A stretch of DNA of 64,000 nt from Candidatus Poribacteria bacterium (GTDB lineage Bacteria; Poribacteria; WGA-4E; WGA-3G), in the NCBI GenBank assembly GCA_965242965.1, contig OZ251518.1, positions 5,024,001 to 5,088,000 of the forward strand, given 5' to 3'. Made by a program: the position numbers and the translations under genes. Below the pieces are notes generated by a model. It saw only the letters and a list, made by a program, of their open reading frames with translations, made no database searches and was not told where the DNA came from. Of the stretch, positions 1 through 11,257 are shown piece after piece; the first letter of the stretch is position 1; every line of letters starts with the position of its first letter.

Positions 1-713
1 TAATGCCGCTGGAACTGCTCCAAGAGCTCTTCTATTTTTTCCTCTGAACTCCCAATGAGTCGTGAGAACGTTTTTGTTGAAAATTTGCATGTCCACACCG
101 TGCCATTCGGTAGAGGCGGCATGGTGTGGTTCTGAAGCAGTAACGCTAGCCGAGATGCCGAAGACCGGAAGGCGATGTGGCTTAATTTGTTGGTAATCGC
201 CGGTTGGCGCGGGACAGGTTTCTCACGCCCTACGTGCTGCGAGAAATAGGCAGCACGGACAGGTTTCCATCGCTTTATGAGACGCTGCGCGAACTGGCTG
301 AGTCTCCGGGTGAACCGATTAAACTGGTTGCGCCCCGGCATCGCCAAATGCGGTTTCCGTTTTAAGAAAAATAGGAAATTCCGCACGCTGACAATTCCGA
401 CGACTGCCGCCGTAATCGTCTCGGCGGTGACGTTAGGGAGCCGATTGTCTTCTTCCCACGCGACTGCACCAAACATTTCTCCCGGTTCCAGCACTTCCAA
501 AGTGGCAGGTTCGGCATCATCTGTCGGTGTTTCATAGATTTTGACGCGCCCTTCCTTGATTAAATAAACGCCTTCGTCACAGAGCGACTCATCGATTTTG
601 AGACGTTTGAACGTTGTTATCTGTGCCAACGCGTCCGCGTCTGCTTCGGCAAAATCGCGGAAGATATCAAACTGTTTGATGCACCAAAATCGCTCGGATA
701 CGAGGTTTTTCAT
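1..713 (-). CDS. CRP/FNR-family transcriptional regulator (cNMP-binding + HTH), runs off window start
   Basis: Not in the ORF track. Manual translation from ATG at 713 (ATGA overlap with the Uma2 stop) gives MKNLVSERFW...GVYLIKEGRVKIY...LEVLEPGEMFG...FRSSASRLALLL...SRLIGSSEEKIEELL, typical cNMP beta-roll and CRP HTH motifs. Confidence 0.8.
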   Translation of the reverse strand, partial: MKNLVSERFWCIKQFDIFRDFAEADADALAQITTFKRLKIDESLCDEGVYLIKEGRVKIYETPTDDAEPATLEVLEPGEMFGAVAWEEDNRLPNVTAETITAAVVGIVSVRNFLFFLKRKPHLAMPGRNQFNRFTRRLSQFAQRLIKRWKPVRAAYFSQHVGREKPVPRQPAITNKLSHIAFRSSASRLALLLQNHTMPPLPNGTVWTCKFSTKTFSRLIGSSEEKIEELLEQFQRH

Positions 714-1303
714 TGGTTTTCAGATGTGTCAGGAAATTCAACGAGGCGATAGATATGCTGCAAGGACAACTCACAGTCAGCGGCGACGATGGACAGCACG
801 TCGTCACTGTCCCGAAATTCGGTGAGGAGCCACTGCGTTCCTTGGCGGAGGTAATGCTCCACGTGAACGCTTTCCTGTGAGATAAGGATGTATTCATGTA
901 GCGATTCAAGTTGCCGATATTGCGCGAATTTTTCGCCTCTGTCGCGTGCCTCGGTAGAAGGCGATAGCACCTCTATGACAACCGCCGGATTGAGGAGCGT
1001 GTCAAAGACATCATCCTCAAAGCGCGGTTTGCCGCGGACGATGACAACATCCGGGTAGAGATAGGCACCAGACGCATCTATTCCGACGCGCATGGCACCA
1101 GCGTAGACTCTGCATTCCCGTTCGATCAATTGGTTGTAAAGTCCAGTCGATGTATTCATCGTGATGAGGTTATGTGCTTCGCTTGCGCCGGACATTGCGC
1201 GTATCACTCCGTTGAGGTATTCGTTTTTGAAAGCCGCCTTGCGCTCCCAGGCGAGATATGCCGCCGGGGATAAATGCGTCGGGGCTGCAATAGGGATGGA
1301 CAT
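710..1303 (-). CDS. Uma2/DUF820 family endonuclease (copy 1)
   Basis: EYLNG..MSGAS..H, YPDV, P..VIEVLSPST...DRGEKF..Y motifs. Confidence 0.9.
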   Translation of the reverse strand: MSIPIAAPTHLSPAAYLAWERKAAFKNEYLNGVIRAMSGASEAHNLITMNTSTGLYNQLIERECRVYAGAMRVGIDASGAYLYPDVVIVRGKPRFEDDVFDTLLNPAVVIEVLSPSTEARDRGEKFAQYRQLESLHEYILISQESVHVEHYLRQGTQWLLTEFRDSDDVLSIVAADCELSLQHIYRLVEFPDTSENQ

Positions 1304-1444
1304 GAGTGCCTCCTCTTGCCTTAATGCTCAGAGTGATTCAAATCTCCGCTTCTGTAATTTGAGTTTTCCGGTGCTCAAAAGGCTAAGATTCGGATAACTG
1401 GTTTCCCTACAGAGACGAGACGAATCCACCGCATTTAGTCTTAA

Positions 1445-1475
1445 TAGTATACAGACAAATCGCCAAAAAAGCAAA
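1445..1475 (-). promoter_or_regulatory. sigma70-like promoter of Uma2 copy 1
   Basis: TTGCTT-17bp-TATACT on the minus strand; near-identical copy upstream of Uma2 copy 2. Confidence 0.6.
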
Positions 1476-1547
1476 TTTATTTTTCTTGGTTGTAGATACC
1501 GATGCCAAGCGCGATAATGCCGGCAATTGTGCCAATGACGAGGTGTT

Positions 1548-2141
1548 TCATGGGTTTTCAGGTGTATCAGGAAATTCAACGAGGCGATAGATATGCTGCA
1601 AGGGCAACTCGCAGTCAGCGGCGATGATGGACAGCACGTCGTCACTGTCCCGAAATTCGGTGAGGAGCCACTGTGTGCCTTGGCGGAGGTAATGCTCGAC
1701 ATGAACGCTTTCCTGTGAGATAAGGATGTATTCATGGAGCGATTCAAGCTGCCGATATTGCGCGAATTTTTCGCCTCTGTCGCGTGCCTCAGTGGAAGGC
1801 GATAGCACCTCTACGACAACCGCGGGATTGAGGAGCGTGTCAAAGACATCATCCTCAAAGCGCGGTTTGCCGCGGACGATGACAACATCCGGGTAGAGAT
1901 AGGCATCCGCTGCCCCGGCGCGGACACGCAAATCGCCGACATAGAGGCTATACTCCAAGTCGTCCAACAGGTTACCAAGCCTCAGTATCATATTCACCGT
2001 AACGCGATTGTGTGCTTCGCTTGCACCGGACATTGCGAGTATGACTCCGTTGAGGTATTCGTTTTTGAAAGCCGCCTTGCGCTCCCAGGCGAGATATGCC
2101 GCCGGGGATAAATGCGTCGGGGCTGCAATAGGAATAGACAT
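1548..2141 (-). CDS. Uma2/DUF820 family endonuclease (copy 2, tandem duplicate)
   Basis: Same length (594 bp from MSIPIAAP) and near-identical to copy 1 apart from the central cassette. Start taken at 2141 by analogy with copy 1 and a GCGGAG RBS. Confidence 0.9.
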   Translation of the reverse strand: MSIPIAAPTHLSPAAYLAWERKAAFKNEYLNGVILAMSGASEAHNRVTVNMILRLGNLLDDLEYSLYVGDLRVRAGAADAYLYPDVVIVRGKPRFEDDVFDTLLNPAVVVEVLSPSTEARDRGEKFAQYRQLESLHEYILISQESVHVEHYLRQGTQWLLTEFRDSDDVLSIIAADCELPLQHIYRLVEFPDTPENP

Positions 2142-2174
2142 GAGTGTCTCCGCTTGCCTTAATGCTTGTATTAA

Positions 2175-2205
2175 TAGTATACAGGCAAATCGCAAAAAAA
2201 GCAAA
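2175..2205 (-). promoter_or_regulatory. sigma70-like promoter of Uma2 copy 2
   Basis: TTGCTT-17bp-TATACT on the minus strand. Confidence 0.6.
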
Positions 2206-2206
2206 T

Positions 2207-3004
2207 TTAACTTTTATCGGTAGTTGAAGCGTTATCAACGGCGCGAATGGCGTTGGCACAGGATTTGTCAAAAAAACGATGATAAAAAAGCGTGCCGAGA
2301 ATTTTATAGCCTGCCTTCAACGTCCCCAAAACTGTGCCGCTAATCTTAGAAGTGCCGATGCGTTTTCGATAGCGGACAGGCACCTCACAACCTCGCATCC
2401 CCATTTTTGCCGATTTAATCTGCATTTCAACTGTCCAACCGAACGTTTTGTCCTGCATATCCAATGCTAGCAGCTGCGGATAACGGATAGCGCGAAACGG
2501 CCCGAGGTCTGTCCAACGCACGCCGAAAAACCAACGCATGAGGCGGCACGCCAGCCAATTCCCAAACCGTGCTTGCGGTAACAGCGCGCCTTTTGAGGTG
2601 CTTACCCGTGAGCCGACGACAAAATCCGCTTTTCCCTCAAGAATCGGTTGGACAAGTTGCGGCATCTCTGTCGGGTAATCGCTATAGTCGCCATCAAGAA
2701 AGACGACGATGTTGGGTTCTGTCACCGCCGCGATGCCGGCGAGACAGGCGTACCCGTAACCTCTTCGCGGTTCTGTCACCACTTTCGCGCCATTCTGTTT
2801 GGCTACTGCCACCGTATTGTCGGTGCAACCATTGTCAACGACGATAATCTCCTGCACGAGAGTTTTCGGAATATCGCCGATGACGTTGGCAATAGCACCC
2901 TCTTCATTCAACGCAGGAATGATGACAGAAATTTTTTGTCGTGGCGCAAGGCGTTCAATTCGCATTTCTGGTGCGCGGTTCCTGTCCCCTGAATCCCTTG
3001 ACAT
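2207..3004 (-). CDS. Glycosyltransferase family 2
   Basis: VIIPALNEE, VVDNGCTDNT, RGYG, FLDGDYSD motifs. Confidence 0.92.
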   Translation of the reverse strand: MSRDSGDRNRAPEMRIERLAPRQKISVIIPALNEEGAIANVIGDIPKTLVQEIIVVDNGCTDNTVAVAKQNGAKVVTEPRRGYGYACLAGIAAVTEPNIVVFLDGDYSDYPTEMPQLVQPILEGKADFVVGSRVSTSKGALLPQARFGNWLACRLMRWFFGVRWTDLGPFRAIRYPQLLALDMQDKTFGWTVEMQIKSAKMGMRGCEVPVRYRKRIGTSKISGTVLGTLKAGYKILGTLFYHRFFDKSCANAIRAVDNASTTDKS

Positions 3005-4011
3005 CAGAACTTTGTCGCCGGTTCCTCTACCGTCTCAAGCAGACGTTGGATGACCGCGTCCGAATCGACTCCCTCTGCCTCAGCGTGGAAATTGGTTAAG
3101 ATGCGATGCCGTAAGACTGCCGGCGCGACCGATTTTACATCGGTAATAGAGGCATTGTAGCGTCCCTTCAAAATGGCTCTCGCTTTCGCGCCTAGGATGA
3201 GATACTGTCCGGCTCGCGGTCCCGCGCCCCATCGCACCCACTGCTGGATGAAATCAGGGGCCTTCTCCGCTTTCGGACGGGTTGCGCGGGCGAGTCGCAC
3301 GGCGTATTGCACGACGTTATCCGCCGCGGGGACACGCCGGACGATTTTATGCAATGCCAAAATCGCCTCACCGGAAAGCGCGGTTTCAAGTTCCGGTTCG
3401 TCAGCACCTGTCGTTGACGAGACGATCTGCGTCTCGTCCGCCTCGCTCGGATAGCCGATGACGACTTTGAACATGAACCGGTCCAACTGCGCCTCCGGTA
3501 GCGGATACGTGCCTTCTTGTTCAATCGGGTTCTGCGTGGCAAGCACGAAGAAGGGCTGTTCAAGGTGGAATTCGGTGCCACCGGCGGTGACGTGATGCTC
3601 CTGCATCGCTTCCAAGAGCGCAGCTTGCGTCTTGGGCGGCGTGCGGTTAATCTCATCGGCGAGAAGAATGTTCGCGAAGATAGGGCCCTGAATGAACCGA
3701 ATAGTCCGGTGCCCCGTCGTCCGGTCTTCCTCTAGCACATCGGTGCCAGTGATGTCGGCGGGCATCAGATCTGGGGTGAACTGGATGCGTTTGAATTTCA
3801 GGTTCAAGATCTGCGCCAACGTCTTAATCATCAGCGTTTTGGCGAGCCCCGGCACGCCTTCTAGCAGACAGTGCCCACCGGCGAAGAGTGCCATCAACAT
3901 CTCGTTGATAACCTCCTCTTGCCCGACAATCACCTTTTTGAGTTGTGCCAAGATAAGTTCTTGGCTTTCCATGAGTTCTTCAATAGCTTGAACTTCTTCT
4001 GTTGCTGGCAT
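3004..4011 (-). CDS. MoxR family AAA+ ATPase
   Basis: [53 protein letters not shown]. Confidence 0.95.
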   Translation of the reverse strand: MPATEEVQAIEELMESQELILAQLKKVIVGQEEVINEMLMALFAGGHCLLEGVPGLAKTLMIKTLAQILNLKFKRIQFTPDLMPADITGTDVLEEDRTTGHRTIRFIQGPIFANILLADEINRTPPKTQAALLEAMQEHHVTAGGTEFHLEQPFFVLATQNPIEQEGTYPLPEAQLDRFMFKVVIGYPSEADETQIVSSTTGADEPELETALSGEAILALHKIVRRVPAADNVVQYAVRLARATRPKAEKAPDFIQQWVRWGAGPRAGQYLILGAKARAILKGRYNASITDVKSVAPAVLRHRILTNFHAEAEGVDSDAVIQRLLETVEEPATKF

Positions 4012-4085
4012 TTCTCCTCCTATTTCGTTTTAATGTGGCAGGACAGACGCAAATGCATCAGGCTCCAGTGCGTGCTGCAGCCATC

Positions 4086-7019
4086 CTAATCAAGCCGCTT
4101 CAGGATAAACCGTTTTGGACCGCGGTTGGAAGCAATCCGCACCACATCTTTGAGATGCATGATTTGGCTTGGCTCAACCCGCGGGGTATAGAAACTGACC
4201 GTTTGTCGCATTTCTGCCTTCCGCTTAGAATGCGTGTAGGCGAGTTCAATAGCGGCGACATCGGTTCTCAGCGTCTGTGCATCCGGAACGGTATCAATAA
4301 CGAAGGGTGCATCCGCATGCACGCCGACTTTGTCTTCAAATATCAACGCTTTTCCGATGACAGCAGGATGCGTGCGATGCTCCTCGCTGAGCAGTTCCGC
4401 GTAAGGGTGCTGAACAAGCGGGAGCTCTAGCACAAATTGACTGCCGATCGCGTATAGATATTCCTTGCATGTCCACGTAAGCGAAACCTTCAGTTCGCGC
4501 TTTAATTCGCGCAAGCCCGATATTTTGAATTCCTCGATTTTGGCGCGTTCGTCTAATTCTAGTGCCTCGTGAAGAAACTCGGCTTGCTCCTCCTCGGTGC
4601 TTAAGTGCGAGAGTTTGCTCCGAAGTTTCGTGTTGAAACTCCCTGTCAGCGTGAGCCCTTGGCGGACTGTTACGCTCAAGTCTTTTTTCACCTGCACCCG
4701 AGTTTCTACACGTTTGATGTTGGACGCTGCGTCCAATGATGGGCTCATCTGGAAGAGATAGAGCCGGTCGGCGAGTGTGTTCGCGCCGCTGTTGGATTCA
4801 GATGTCCCTTCCAGAAAATCTGGATTGATGATAAGTGTCCATCTACCCTGGTCGCTCGCCGGAAAATCGCCGAAGGCGCAGGTTTCAGCAGTCGCATCCA
4901 ACCAGAGGAATTCGTCGTTTTTTTCACCCTCAACAGCGAGAATCATGTGATTGAAGTATGCCAACGAGGGGACTTCTTTGACAATCTCGCGCGAGTCGCC
5001 CGCGGAGATGAGCACAGGATAGGAGGCGATGCCGGCGTGCTTCAGCATCGTTGAGAGCAGCGTCGTTTTATCCTTGCAATCACCGCGGCCTTCTTTCAAA
5101 ACGGCAGAGGCTGGATACGGTTTAATTGCCCAGATGCCGAGTTCAAAGCCGAGATAGCGGATTTGGGTGGCGACGTATTCATACAGCCGTCGGATTTTTT
5201 CTTTACGACTCCACGCCCCCCGGAGAAGCTCCTCTGTCTTCGCCTCAATGTCAGGCGTAATCGTATCTTGTTCGCGAATGAGGGTTGCATACCACGTCAC
5301 CAATTTATCCCAAGAATCCAGCGAAGAGAGGCTGATGTTGGAAGCCAAATCTTGCGGTGCCGGCATGAGATATTCCTCTCTCAGCGGCGGCACGTCGCGC
5401 GCCTCAAACGTATACGTGCGCGTGTAATTGTTCTCGGTGATAGTCGGTTCCATACCCGTAGTGTGGGAGTCTGTCCCTTGCAATCTCTCCCCACCCTTCA
5501 CAACATAGTAGAGTTCCTTTTTCTTCGGGATGTGCGCGCGGAACCGATAGAACTGCACTGGCACCGAAGTCTGGAAGTAAACCTGCCGCCAAAATTCTCC
5601 CTGCATGACGTGCCCGAGATTGTTCGTTGAGTAGGCGTAATCGATGATGCATCCGGGGGAGATTTCCGGCATTGTGAAATACATCAAGCGTGCATCCACA
5701 TAGAGCCCGGCTTCAACGGCACTCGGCGGCGGGATGTCGCGGATAATCTCGGCGAGGTTCAGTTCAACGATTTTCCCATCAGGCGTAAGCGTTCGGGCGT
5801 GATGGATGGTGACATCGTCCCTGCCGCGCATATACGGAATGCTGATTTCACCGAGCCCATATCCGTTCTCATTGAAAATTTTGGCAATGCGGCGGGTGGA
5901 ATAGATATGCTTACTCGCCTCGTCAATGTCGACTTCAACAGCCTCCCACAGCACGAGCGCGCCAGTATCGGGGTAATCCTTTTCATCTGGCACGTTTTCA
6001 AGCGCAGTTTGGATTGCCTGTTCGTCAGCATCGCTGATGAAGTCGTAAGGAATAGATGAAGAAGCTTCGTTTATCCTTCCACTATTCCCATGCCCCTGGG
6101 CAGGCGGTTCACCGGGCGCGTGGGGCTGGCCGTCTAATAGTGCAGCACCACGTCCCCTTTCCGAGGTGTCGGCGAGTTCCGGCGGTTCGGCTCGCACGGG
6201 CAATGCAGAACGCCGTTCCCCCAAGAACGTCTGCTCGGCGAGTTCTCCTTCACCGGTATCTTCCAAATTTTTGCGCGAGGGATTCCTGTCGCCGTTATCG
6301 TCCAGATGCGGATGTTCGGATTGCACTGAACCGTCATTTTCATACCACCCCTGCGTTTGTCCCTGCAGCCATAAAAACGCCTCTAACAGCGAAATGGCAC
6401 CGTCGCTGTTTGTGTCCGCAGCGGGAGTAGAAAATGCATCCACGAAGACATCGCCAAATCCCGCCTGCAGTGAGTATCCCTCGTTCCGTGAACTGGAGGT
6501 GATAACAATCGTTCCCTGCGCACTGACACCCTGCACGAACCTCGCACTGTAAGGGAAACCGAAGATGAGAATTTTCTGCGCCGCGGCGATGCCGTTGATG
6601 CTGGCGACGTATTCCGTTTCGCTAATATCGCGGCCCGGCAGATTGAATTTTAACCCTTGACTTGAACGCGACGCGTGTCCCATCATGAAAAGCAGAAATC
6701 TGTCCGCCGGTTGAATCTTTTCTGCAAGTTGCTTGAACGCCGTTAAAATCGGTTCCCGCTTTGCCGGCCCATCAACGATACCGGGGATGTTCCCCTCGTC
6801 TTCAAAGAGGAAGGTTATCTGCTCAGGCGAGTAGCCGTATTCGTCGGTGAGCAGTTGATGGAATCGCGAGGTTGCACTCCAGAATGCATCATAGAACGAT
6901 TTTTCGCCGCCCACGCCGCCGATGATGAGGACATAATCGGTGCCGCCAAAACTCATCGCGGGGATGAGGAAAACGGCGAGAATCGCTACTATCCATAGGT
7001 TTCGATGAGAATTTATCAT
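4086..7019 (-). CDS. Exported protein: caspase/C13-like N-terminal domain + DUF3857 + transglutaminase-like domain
   Basis: Signal peptide; N-terminal region with LFMMGH and [15 protein letters not shown]; DUF3857-like '[16 protein letters not shown]'; transglutaminase triad GDCKDK / FNHMI / WLDAT. Confidence 0.75.
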   Translation of the reverse strand: MINSHRNLWIVAILAVFLIPAMSFGGTDYVLIIGGVGGEKSFYDAFWSATSRFHQLLTDEYGYSPEQITFLFEDEGNIPGIVDGPAKREPILTAFKQLAEKIQPADRFLLFMMGHASRSSQGLKFNLPGRDISETEYVASINGIAAAQKILIFGFPYSARFVQGVSAQGTIVITSSSRNEGYSLQAGFGDVFVDAFSTPAADTNSDGAISLLEAFLWLQGQTQGWYENDGSVQSEHPHLDDNGDRNPSRKNLEDTGEGELAEQTFLGERRSALPVRAEPPELADTSERGRGAALLDGQPHAPGEPPAQGHGNSGRINEASSSIPYDFISDADEQAIQTALENVPDEKDYPDTGALVLWEAVEVDIDEASKHIYSTRRIAKIFNENGYGLGEISIPYMRGRDDVTIHHARTLTPDGKIVELNLAEIIRDIPPPSAVEAGLYVDARLMYFTMPEISPGCIIDYAYSTNNLGHVMQGEFWRQVYFQTSVPVQFYRFRAHIPKKKELYYVVKGGERLQGTDSHTTGMEPTITENNYTRTYTFEARDVPPLREEYLMPAPQDLASNISLSSLDSWDKLVTWYATLIREQDTITPDIEAKTEELLRGAWSRKEKIRRLYEYVATQIRYLGFELGIWAIKPYPASAVLKEGRGDCKDKTTLLSTMLKHAGIASYPVLISAGDSREIVKEVPSLAYFNHMILAVEGEKNDEFLWLDATAETCAFGDFPASDQGRWTLIINPDFLEGTSESNSGANTLADRLYLFQMSPSLDAASNIKRVETRVQVKKDLSVTVRQGLTLTGSFNTKLRSKLSHLSTEEEQAEFLHEALELDERAKIEEFKISGLRELKRELKVSLTWTCKEYLYAIGSQFVLELPLVQHPYAELLSEEHRTHPAVIGKALIFEDKVGVHADAPFVIDTVPDAQTLRTDVAAIELAYTHSKRKAEMRQTVSFYTPRVEPSQIMHLKDVVRIASNRGPKRFILKRLD

Positions 7020-7492
7020 TTTGCTGGTTCCTCCGCAAAATCGCTTTTGCCACCCGTCTTTCTGACTAATCGGATTTCGGAGATGCGCATCCCTCTATCT
7101 ACCGATTTGCACATATCGTAAACGGTTAAGCCAGCCACCGACACCGCGGTGAGTGCCTCCATTTCCACGCCGGTCCGCCCGACTGTTTGGATTTCCGCTT
7201 CAATCTCAATGTGTTCATCCACGATTGCTAATGCGACGCGGACAGAAGTGAGCGCGAGAGGATGGCACAACGGGATGAGTTCGCCGGTGCGTTTCGCCGC
7301 CATGATGCCCGCGAGCCGCGCTATTTCCAAGACATCACCCTTTTTGATGCGCTGTTCGGCGATGAGTTGGAGCGTCTCCGGTTTGGCTGTCACATGTCCC
7401 CGCGCGATAGCGACTCGCAACGTTTCCTGTTTCTCACCGACGTTTACCATCCGTGCGTTGCCTTTTTCGTCAAAATGTGTCAGTTTATTCAT
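7016..7492 (-). CDS. moaC: Cyclic pyranopterin monophosphate synthase MoaC
   Basis: [37 protein letters not shown]. Confidence 0.97.
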   Translation of the reverse strand: MNKLTHFDEKGNARMVNVGEKQETLRVAIARGHVTAKPETLQLIAEQRIKKGDVLEIARLAGIMAAKRTGELIPLCHPLALTSVRVALAIVDEHIEIEAEIQTVGRTGVEMEALTAVSVAGLTVYDMCKSVDRGMRISEIRLVRKTGGKSDFAEEPAK

Positions 7493-9132
7493 CTGATAAT
7501 TCGCTCATAGTCCTCGCGAAACCGTTGGAGGTATCTTCCTTCACCGTGGTATGCGGCGACATCCGCAGGATATGGCTGAATCGGTTCGCCGCGTTTCAGC
7601 ACCGCCGCGCTGAATGCCTCAATGTCAAAAGGGTCAAAAGGGTCAAAAGGCGCGTCGTTAGCGTCGCAATATGCCTTCACACCGGCGACAGCGGCCCCGA
7701 GTGCCGCGCCGCCTTTTTCGACAGGGATGGCAGTTCTGTTCCAAATACCTGCGACGCGCCGCATGATTTCAGGGCTTTCTGTTGCACCACCCGTTACAAA
7801 CAACGGTGCCGCCGTTCTCTTCGCAAATCCTTGTGAATAGGCATAGACAGCGGCGAGGCTTGTCTCCACAACACCGGCGTAGTCACCGGCGAGTGTATTC
7901 GGGACAGAGACATCCCTCCTGCATCGAATCAACTCAAAAGCTGGTGAGACAGGAAACGACTCGGTTTTCGGCTGCCAAAACGTCAGGGAGTGTCCGGGTG
8001 AAGTTTCACGCAGTGCCGCTTCTGCTGGCGCGTAGTCCGCTTTCGCCAGTCCGTAGTGCCTTCTAACTGCATCCCAAACCATCGCGCCATTCGTGCGGCA
8101 CCCGAACATAAATGGTCTTCCGACTCCGTCATACATCGCATTGGCGAATCCCTCAGCGTCAAGCGTATCGCCATCTGTGGATACCATGTTCACGAAACTG
8201 GTGCCGAGGCTGAGTAAATCTCCCGCAACTGGCACTTTCGCCTGCGGATTGTCACCCGAACCGGCGACGACTTTGCAGCGTGGATTGAAGCCGTATTTGC
8301 TCACAAAATAGGCTGCAATCTCTCCGACAACCGTATCAGGCGGCGCAAGATGTGGTAATTTCTTGCGGAGTGCCGCCGCACTGCCGGGCAATCCATCTGC
8401 CGTTGCCGCGAACAATGTTTCATCCCAGTCTTTGCGCCGGTAGTTCATGAGAGACATGCCGCATGCGTTACCGTAGTCTATCGGCACGCGGCTCTCGCCA
8501 GCCAGCACCGCGGGGATAAAACTGCTAATCAGCTGAATGTTCGCCGTTTCCTCGTAGCATTGCGGGAACTGCTGCGCGACGCGCCGGATGATGCCACCCG
8601 TAAATCGAAGCGGCGCGTCGGAGCCGGAGAGCTCAATCATCCGCGTTTTGCCGCCGACTGCGTTCCGAACGTGCGTGGTTTGCTCCACCGTGTTGGCAGT
8701 CATCCAGATGGGTGCGGTGGGATAGGCGAAGCACTCTCCCAGCACAGCCGCCAAATCAGCCTCTCCAACTGTGCGCAATCCGTCAAAGATTTCGGCGGCG
8801 CGATGATTCAGATAGACATGCCCATGCTGCTGTCCTGAGGTGTTGACAACGACGATGTTCCCCAACGGCACGGCCGCCGCTTGCAGCTCAGCAAACATCG
8901 CATCAAGAGAGGCGAGATACATGAGTGGCGGTTGCTCCGCTTCGCCTTCTTCGCGCGGCGGCAGAATGTAGTCTTCACCGATGCCGAATCGGTTCAATCG
9001 CTCATCGGCGCGATAGTCTAGGGCATGCTCAAAGCACTTCTCTGCCGTGTCTATATCAATGACAATAGCAGAGAGGCTCTGCGTGCTGGAATCCAAACCG
9101 AGGGCCAGTCTTGATTTTTTCGAGTCACTCAT
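7489..9132 (-). CDS. FGGY-family carbohydrate kinase (xylulokinase-like)
   Basis: [34 protein letters not shown] motifs. Confidence 0.85.
   Translation of the reverse strand: MSDSKKSRLALGLDSSTQSLSAIVIDIDTAEKCFEHALDYRADERLNRFGIGEDYILPPREEGEAEQPPLMYLASLDAMFAELQAAAVPLGNIVVVNTSGQQHGHVYLNHRAAEIFDGLRTVGEADLAAVLGECFAYPTAPIWMTANTVEQTTHVRNAVGGKTRMIELSGSDAPLRFTGGIIRRVAQQFPQCYEETANIQLISSFIPAVLAGESRVPIDYGNACGMSLMNYRRKDWDETLFAATADGLPGSAAALRKKLPHLAPPDTVVGEIAAYFVSKYGFNPRCKVVAGSGDNPQAKVPVAGDLLSLGTSFVNMVSTDGDTLDAEGFANAMYDGVGRPFMFGCRTNGAMVWDAVRRHYGLAKADYAPAEAALRETSPGHSLTFWQPKTESFPVSPAFELIRCRRDVSVPNTLAGDYAGVVETSLAAVYAYSQGFAKRTAAPLFVTGGATESPEIMRRVAGIWNRTAIPVEKGGAALGAAVAGVKAYCDANDAPFDPFDPFDIEAFSAAVLKRGEPIQPYPADVAAYHGEGRYLQRFREDYERIIR
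7624..7650. repeat. 9-bp tandem repeat (GTCAAAAGG)x3 inside the kinase
   Basis: Encodes PFDPFDPFD. Confidence 0.8.
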
Positions 9133-9135
9133 GAG

Positions 9136-10077
9136 TTAGTTCCCCGGATACGCGCGGTTATCCAATGCCGCGACGAACTTTTCAGCGGCGATAGCCGCCG
9201 CCGCGCCTGCCCCCGCGGCAGTGATAGCTTGACGAAACACCTGGTCATGCACATCTCCCGCTGCGAAAACGCCGTCGATATTGGTGCGCTGCAGGTTGTC
9301 AACGATGATATAACCGTGTTCGTCCATCTTAATGATGTCGGTGAAGAGTTCCGTGTTCGGGATATGCCCGATGAAGATAAACACACCGTCGATCGGAAAA
9401 AGTTCCGTTTCGTTCGTTTTGACGTTTTTGAGTTTGGTACCCGTGACTTTTTCGGCATCGCCGCAAATCTCTTCGACGACGGTATCCCAAATAAACTTGA
9501 TTTTGTCGTTTTTGAAGGCGCGTTCCTGCATAATCTGGCTCGCGCGGAGCTGGTCCCGGCGATGGACGATGTGCACCTCGGCGGCGTATTTGGTAAGGAA
9601 GAGGCCTTCCTCAATTGCCGCGTCCCCACCGCCGACGACAATAAGCCGCTGATCTTGAAAAAAGAACCCATCACAGGTGGCGCAGTAAGATACGCCGCGT
9701 CCGCCGTATTCCTTTTCACCTGGAACGTTGAGCATGCGCGGTGAAGCACCGGTGCAAATAATCACGGACTTGGCGTGATAGTTTTTCTCGTAGGTTTCAA
9801 CAACAAACGGTTGGCGGGTGAAGTCAACAGCGGTGACGGTATCAAACCGGACTTCTGTCCCAAACTTCTCCGCTTGCGCCTGCATGCCCTGAATGAAGAC
9901 AGCGGCCTCGTCACCGAAAAAGCCGGGGTAATTCTCGAGGTCCAACGTGAGAGAGAGTTGTCCACCGAGCGCGTCACCGGTAATCAAGACAGGTTCCAGC
10001 ATCGCGCGAGAAGTATAGACACCCGCGGCGAACCCGGCGGTGCCGCCGCCGATGATGACGATGTTTCGTTCTTCCAT
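9136..10077 (-). CDS. trxB: Thioredoxin-disulfide reductase
   Basis: GGG.AG, GGQL, GVSYCATCDG, GGGDAA.EE, VFAAGDV, RQAITAAG. Start set at MEERNI because the upstream extension is repeat-derived. Confidence 0.95.
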   Translation of the reverse strand: MEERNIVIIGGGTAGFAAGVYTSRAMLEPVLITGDALGGQLSLTLDLENYPGFFGDEAAVFIQGMQAQAEKFGTEVRFDTVTAVDFTRQPFVVETYEKNYHAKSVIICTGASPRMLNVPGEKEYGGRGVSYCATCDGFFFQDQRLIVVGGGDAAIEEGLFLTKYAAEVHIVHRRDQLRASQIMQERAFKNDKIKFIWDTVVEEICGDAEKVTGTKLKNVKTNETELFPIDGVFIFIGHIPNTELFTDIIKMDEHGYIIVDNLQRTNIDGVFAAGDVHDQVFRQAITAAGAGAAAAIAAEKFVAALDNRAYPGN

Positions 10078-10182
10078 GTTTTTGTTGTTCGTAATGCGTT
10101 CGATAAGGTTATTTTGTTGCATAACGTCAGTCTACGTAATCCATCATCGACATCCATCATTGACGTTGCCGATGACTCGGTT
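10078..10182 (-). repeat. Degenerate copy of ATTGAC-hairpin leader repeat (family F)
   Basis: Decayed hairpin followed by TTACGTAGA...ATCGAACGCATTACGAACAACAAAAAC directly before the trxB ATG. Confidence 0.7.
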
Positions 10183-10210
10183 TTCAAGCCCCCTAGTCTC
10201 AATACCTTTT

Positions 10211-11077
10211 TTACACAGTCAGGCGAGGGATTTCGTTGATAATCGGATAATTCCGCGCACAAGTTTCGCACTGGAGTCTGTCCGCTAACCAGAGAATTTC
10301 GCCTTTGCACAGCGGACATACCAGAATTTTTTGTAGGAGAACCCTCCTATTCTTGATGGCATTTGGGCTCAGGTGCTCCTCACCTATCAACTTGCGTCGC
10401 GTTCGGTAGATGGCACTTGCCGCCGTTTTCACATGCGAAATGAGGCTGTGCGGAACAGCGTTTTTGATAAGCGGCAGCCACTGATTTTTCGGATAGGCGT
10501 TGCTCAACGCGGCGAGCGTTTCGGGCGATTCCAAATCAAGCGGCGATTTTCCCGGCGGAAGGAGTTCGTAGTCAATCTCGCCTTCCCATTCATATTGGAC
10601 GAGGAAGAGGTGATGATGCGTCAGATGAAACCGCTTCCACTGCTTGTCCTCGGCTACTAATGTGTGGAACAGTTGTCCAAAACCACCGTTCGCCGCCTCA
10701 CCCTCCTTTTTTTGTAAAACGAGTCGGCCGTCAATTTTGTTGACAATCCAGTGGTGATAGGGCCATCCGTAAATGCGTTCGGCGATTTCCGAAGGCGTTT
10801 CAATGTAGCCACGTTTGGCAACCCGCATTAACTCGGCGATGAGCAAAGCAGGCTCTTCCACATGCTCCAGCACGTGTGAACAGATGACATAGTCAAACGC
10901 GCTGTTAGCGAAAGGCAGATACTGTCCATCTGCCTCGACGAGCGGCCGGTCTGCGACGATGCCGCCGCCACGCTGTTCGTCGTCTTCTATGAATTTATCG
11001 CACAAGACATTTGCGCGGGGCTTTGGATTATGGCCGCTCCCTATCTCTAGGACAAAATCACCTGGACAAATGTTCAT
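10211..11077 (-). CDS. Class I SAM methyltransferase with C-terminal Trm112-like zinc-ribbon domain
   Basis: VLEIGSG, LPFANSAFDYVICSHVLEHV; C-terminus ILVCPLCKGE...C..C..NYPIINEIP. Confidence 0.85.
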   Translation of the reverse strand: MNICPGDFVLEIGSGHNPKPRANVLCDKFIEDDEQRGGGIVADRPLVEADGQYLPFANSAFDYVICSHVLEHVEEPALLIAELMRVAKRGYIETPSEIAERIYGWPYHHWIVNKIDGRLVLQKKEGEAANGGFGQLFHTLVAEDKQWKRFHLTHHHLFLVQYEWEGEIDYELLPPGKSPLDLESPETLAALSNAYPKNQWLPLIKNAVPHSLISHVKTAASAIYRTRRKLIGEEHLSPNAIKNRRVLLQKILVCPLCKGEILWLADRLQCETCARNYPIINEIPRLTV

Positions 11078-11220
11078 TTTTCGTCTTTCGCGAGGCGTTC
11101 GCTGTTCGTCTTTCGCGAGGCGTTCGTTTTTCGTCTTTCGCGAGGCGTTCGCTCAGCATTTTTGGTGCAAGGACGTTGTTCTGCGTAGTGCCGTCATTGA
11201 CGTTGTCAATGACTCGGTTC
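11078..11220 (-). repeat. Family F repeat with triplicated ~26-bp tail
   Basis: Perfect GTCATTGAC-AAC-GTCAATGAC hairpin, then (CGAACGCCTCGCGAAAGACGAA)x3 ending at the ATG of 11077. Confidence 0.85.
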
Positions 11221-11257
11221 TTGATGCTATTTCTTCGTTGTCAAGACTTGCATCGGG

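Noticed and set aside
1538-1552. Apparent TIR fragment GAGGTGTTTCAT
   Set aside because: Better explained as the duplicated first codons of the CRP-like gene (ATGAAAAACCTCGT vs ATGAAACACCTCGT) at the duplication boundary.
1068-2010. Diversity-generating retroelement TR/VR pair in the Uma2 duplicates
   Set aside because: Differences are not confined to adenines and no reverse transcriptase is present in the window.
11193-11213. Transcription-factor operator GTCATTGAC-N3-GTCAATGAC
   Set aside because: It sits inside a longer dispersed repeat preceded by GTAG in other copies and shows compensatory stem variants, favouring a REP-type hairpin; an operator role is not fully excluded.
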